A model generated the notes under the pieces. It was not told where the DNA came from and ran no database searches. It saw only the letters and a list, made by a program, of their open reading frames with translations. A DNA stretch of 64,000 nucleotides from Epithemia pelagica (Eukaryota > Protista > Bacillariophyta): contig OX337236.1 in assembly GCA_946965045.2 (NCBI GenBank), forward strand, positions 1,426,001-1,490,000, read 5' to 3'. This document shows positions 63,120 through 64,000 of the stretch, piece by piece (the first letter of the stretch is position 1; every line of letters starts with the position of its first letter). The position numbers and the translations under genes were made by a program.

Positions 63120-64000
63120 CTACAAGGCTAGTAGCGATGGCTCCAATCGACCTTCTTCATGTGCCAGTCTCAGTTTGGACAGTGCTTTTTGACAAAGCCG
63201 TCTTCCATATTCAGCAGAAACCTGCATTCTCTTTCCGACCTCATCAAAACTCATTGCTTCTCCCCATTTGCCACGAGTTGCCACTTTAGGAAAGGAGGAA
63301 GTTGACACCTGATCGTTCTTCTCGGCATCATGGTCATTCGTCAACCCGTACCTCCAACTTAAAGCCTCGGCTTCCTTGGGTCTGAGAAATTTGCCCAGTT
63401 CTCTTCTTAACAGTTCCGAATCAATCGATGACGAGGACAACGAGGTCAATGAAGATGTCATCTGAACATCGGATTCGAGATCTTTACCTTGTTGCATCCA
63501 CGTCTCAAAGGACAACATGCCTCCTCTTCTTCGTCGTCTCTGTACTTGCATCGCTCGTGCCAGCTGCGCTTCCGAAAGTCCAGCGGCTTCGGCCAACTCT
63601 CGGGCTTCTTTCGCTTCCATCCAGGCCTTTTCGTCGCCAAAAGCATCGCCATCCACTGAAAGGCCCAATGTTTTGGATGCCATGGCTAATTTGTTGACGG
63701 CTGTCGTCACATGTGCCGGTACACGCACCAAATCGTCACGTTCGGCGATACAACGGAGGACGGCAGCTCTGATCCAATATACTGCATAGGTCGAAAATCG
63801 GCCTCCAATCTCAGGATTCCAACGATCCACTGCTCGGCTCAGTCCAATAGCGCCTTCTTGAACCAGATCGTCAATACTCAAACTTTGCAAGCTTCGCTTC
63901 TTGTGTTTTGGTGTTCCCACAACGTCTTTAACGACGTAGTACACAAGACCCATGTTCCGTGTGATCAGAGACTCTCGTGCTTTATGGCCAGCGTCCAAGG
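63120..64000 (-). CDS. Nucleus-encoded sigma-70 family factor (probably plastid); 5' part lies outside the window
   Basis: Region 2: NMGLVYYVV, DLVQEGAIGL.RAVDRW...GGRFSTYAVYWIR; region 4: RYGL..MSFDEVG..M.VS.E..R....AL.KLR. Confidence 0.92.
   Translation of the reverse strand, partial: LDAGHKARESLITRNMGLVYYVVKDVVGTPKHKKRSLQSLSIDDLVQEGAIGLSRAVDRWNPEIGGRFSTYAVYWIRAAVLRCIAERDDLVRVPAHVTTAVNKLAMASKTLGLSVDGDAFGDEKAWMEAKEARELAEAAGLSEAQLARAMQVQRRRRRGGMLSFETWMQQGKDLESDVQMTSSLTSLSSSSIDSELLRRELGKFLRPKEAEALSWRYGLTNDHDAEKNDQVSTSSFPKVATRGKWGEAMSFDEVGKRMQVSAEYGRRLCQKALSKLRLAHEEGRLEPSLLAL

Overview
Gene-dense eukaryotic nuclear DNA, most consistent with a diatom (inference): short 79-101 bp introns, bipartite plastid-targeting presequences with Phe after the signal peptide, and a nucleus-encoded sigma-70 factor. 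About 20 host genes are present, including Pol epsilon, TruA, RPB12, DHQ synthase II, AFG2, Golgi alpha-mannosidase II, PSRP1, AFG1, GTPBP, an FGGY kinase and CDC27. Four mobile elements are visible: a two-ORF PIF/Harbinger-like element with a large foldback, a 113-bp hairpin MITE with a 10-bp TSD, a 690-bp Tourist-like MITE, and a ~12.6-kb Helentron/Helitron2-type element (~50404-62998) delimited by 13-bp asymmetric subterminal inverted repeats and a 3' stem-loop. The Helentron carries ~6.7 kb of cargo. Top leads: (1) a plastid-targeted fusion of a TrhO-like tRNA U34 hydroxylase with a TrmR-family O-methyltransferase, i.e. a candidate one-protein 5-methoxyuridine pathway; (2) the cargo-laden Helentron; (3) a SET/MYND methyltransferase fused to an EF1-beta-like domain. 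All family calls come from motif recognition by eye; no database search was run.
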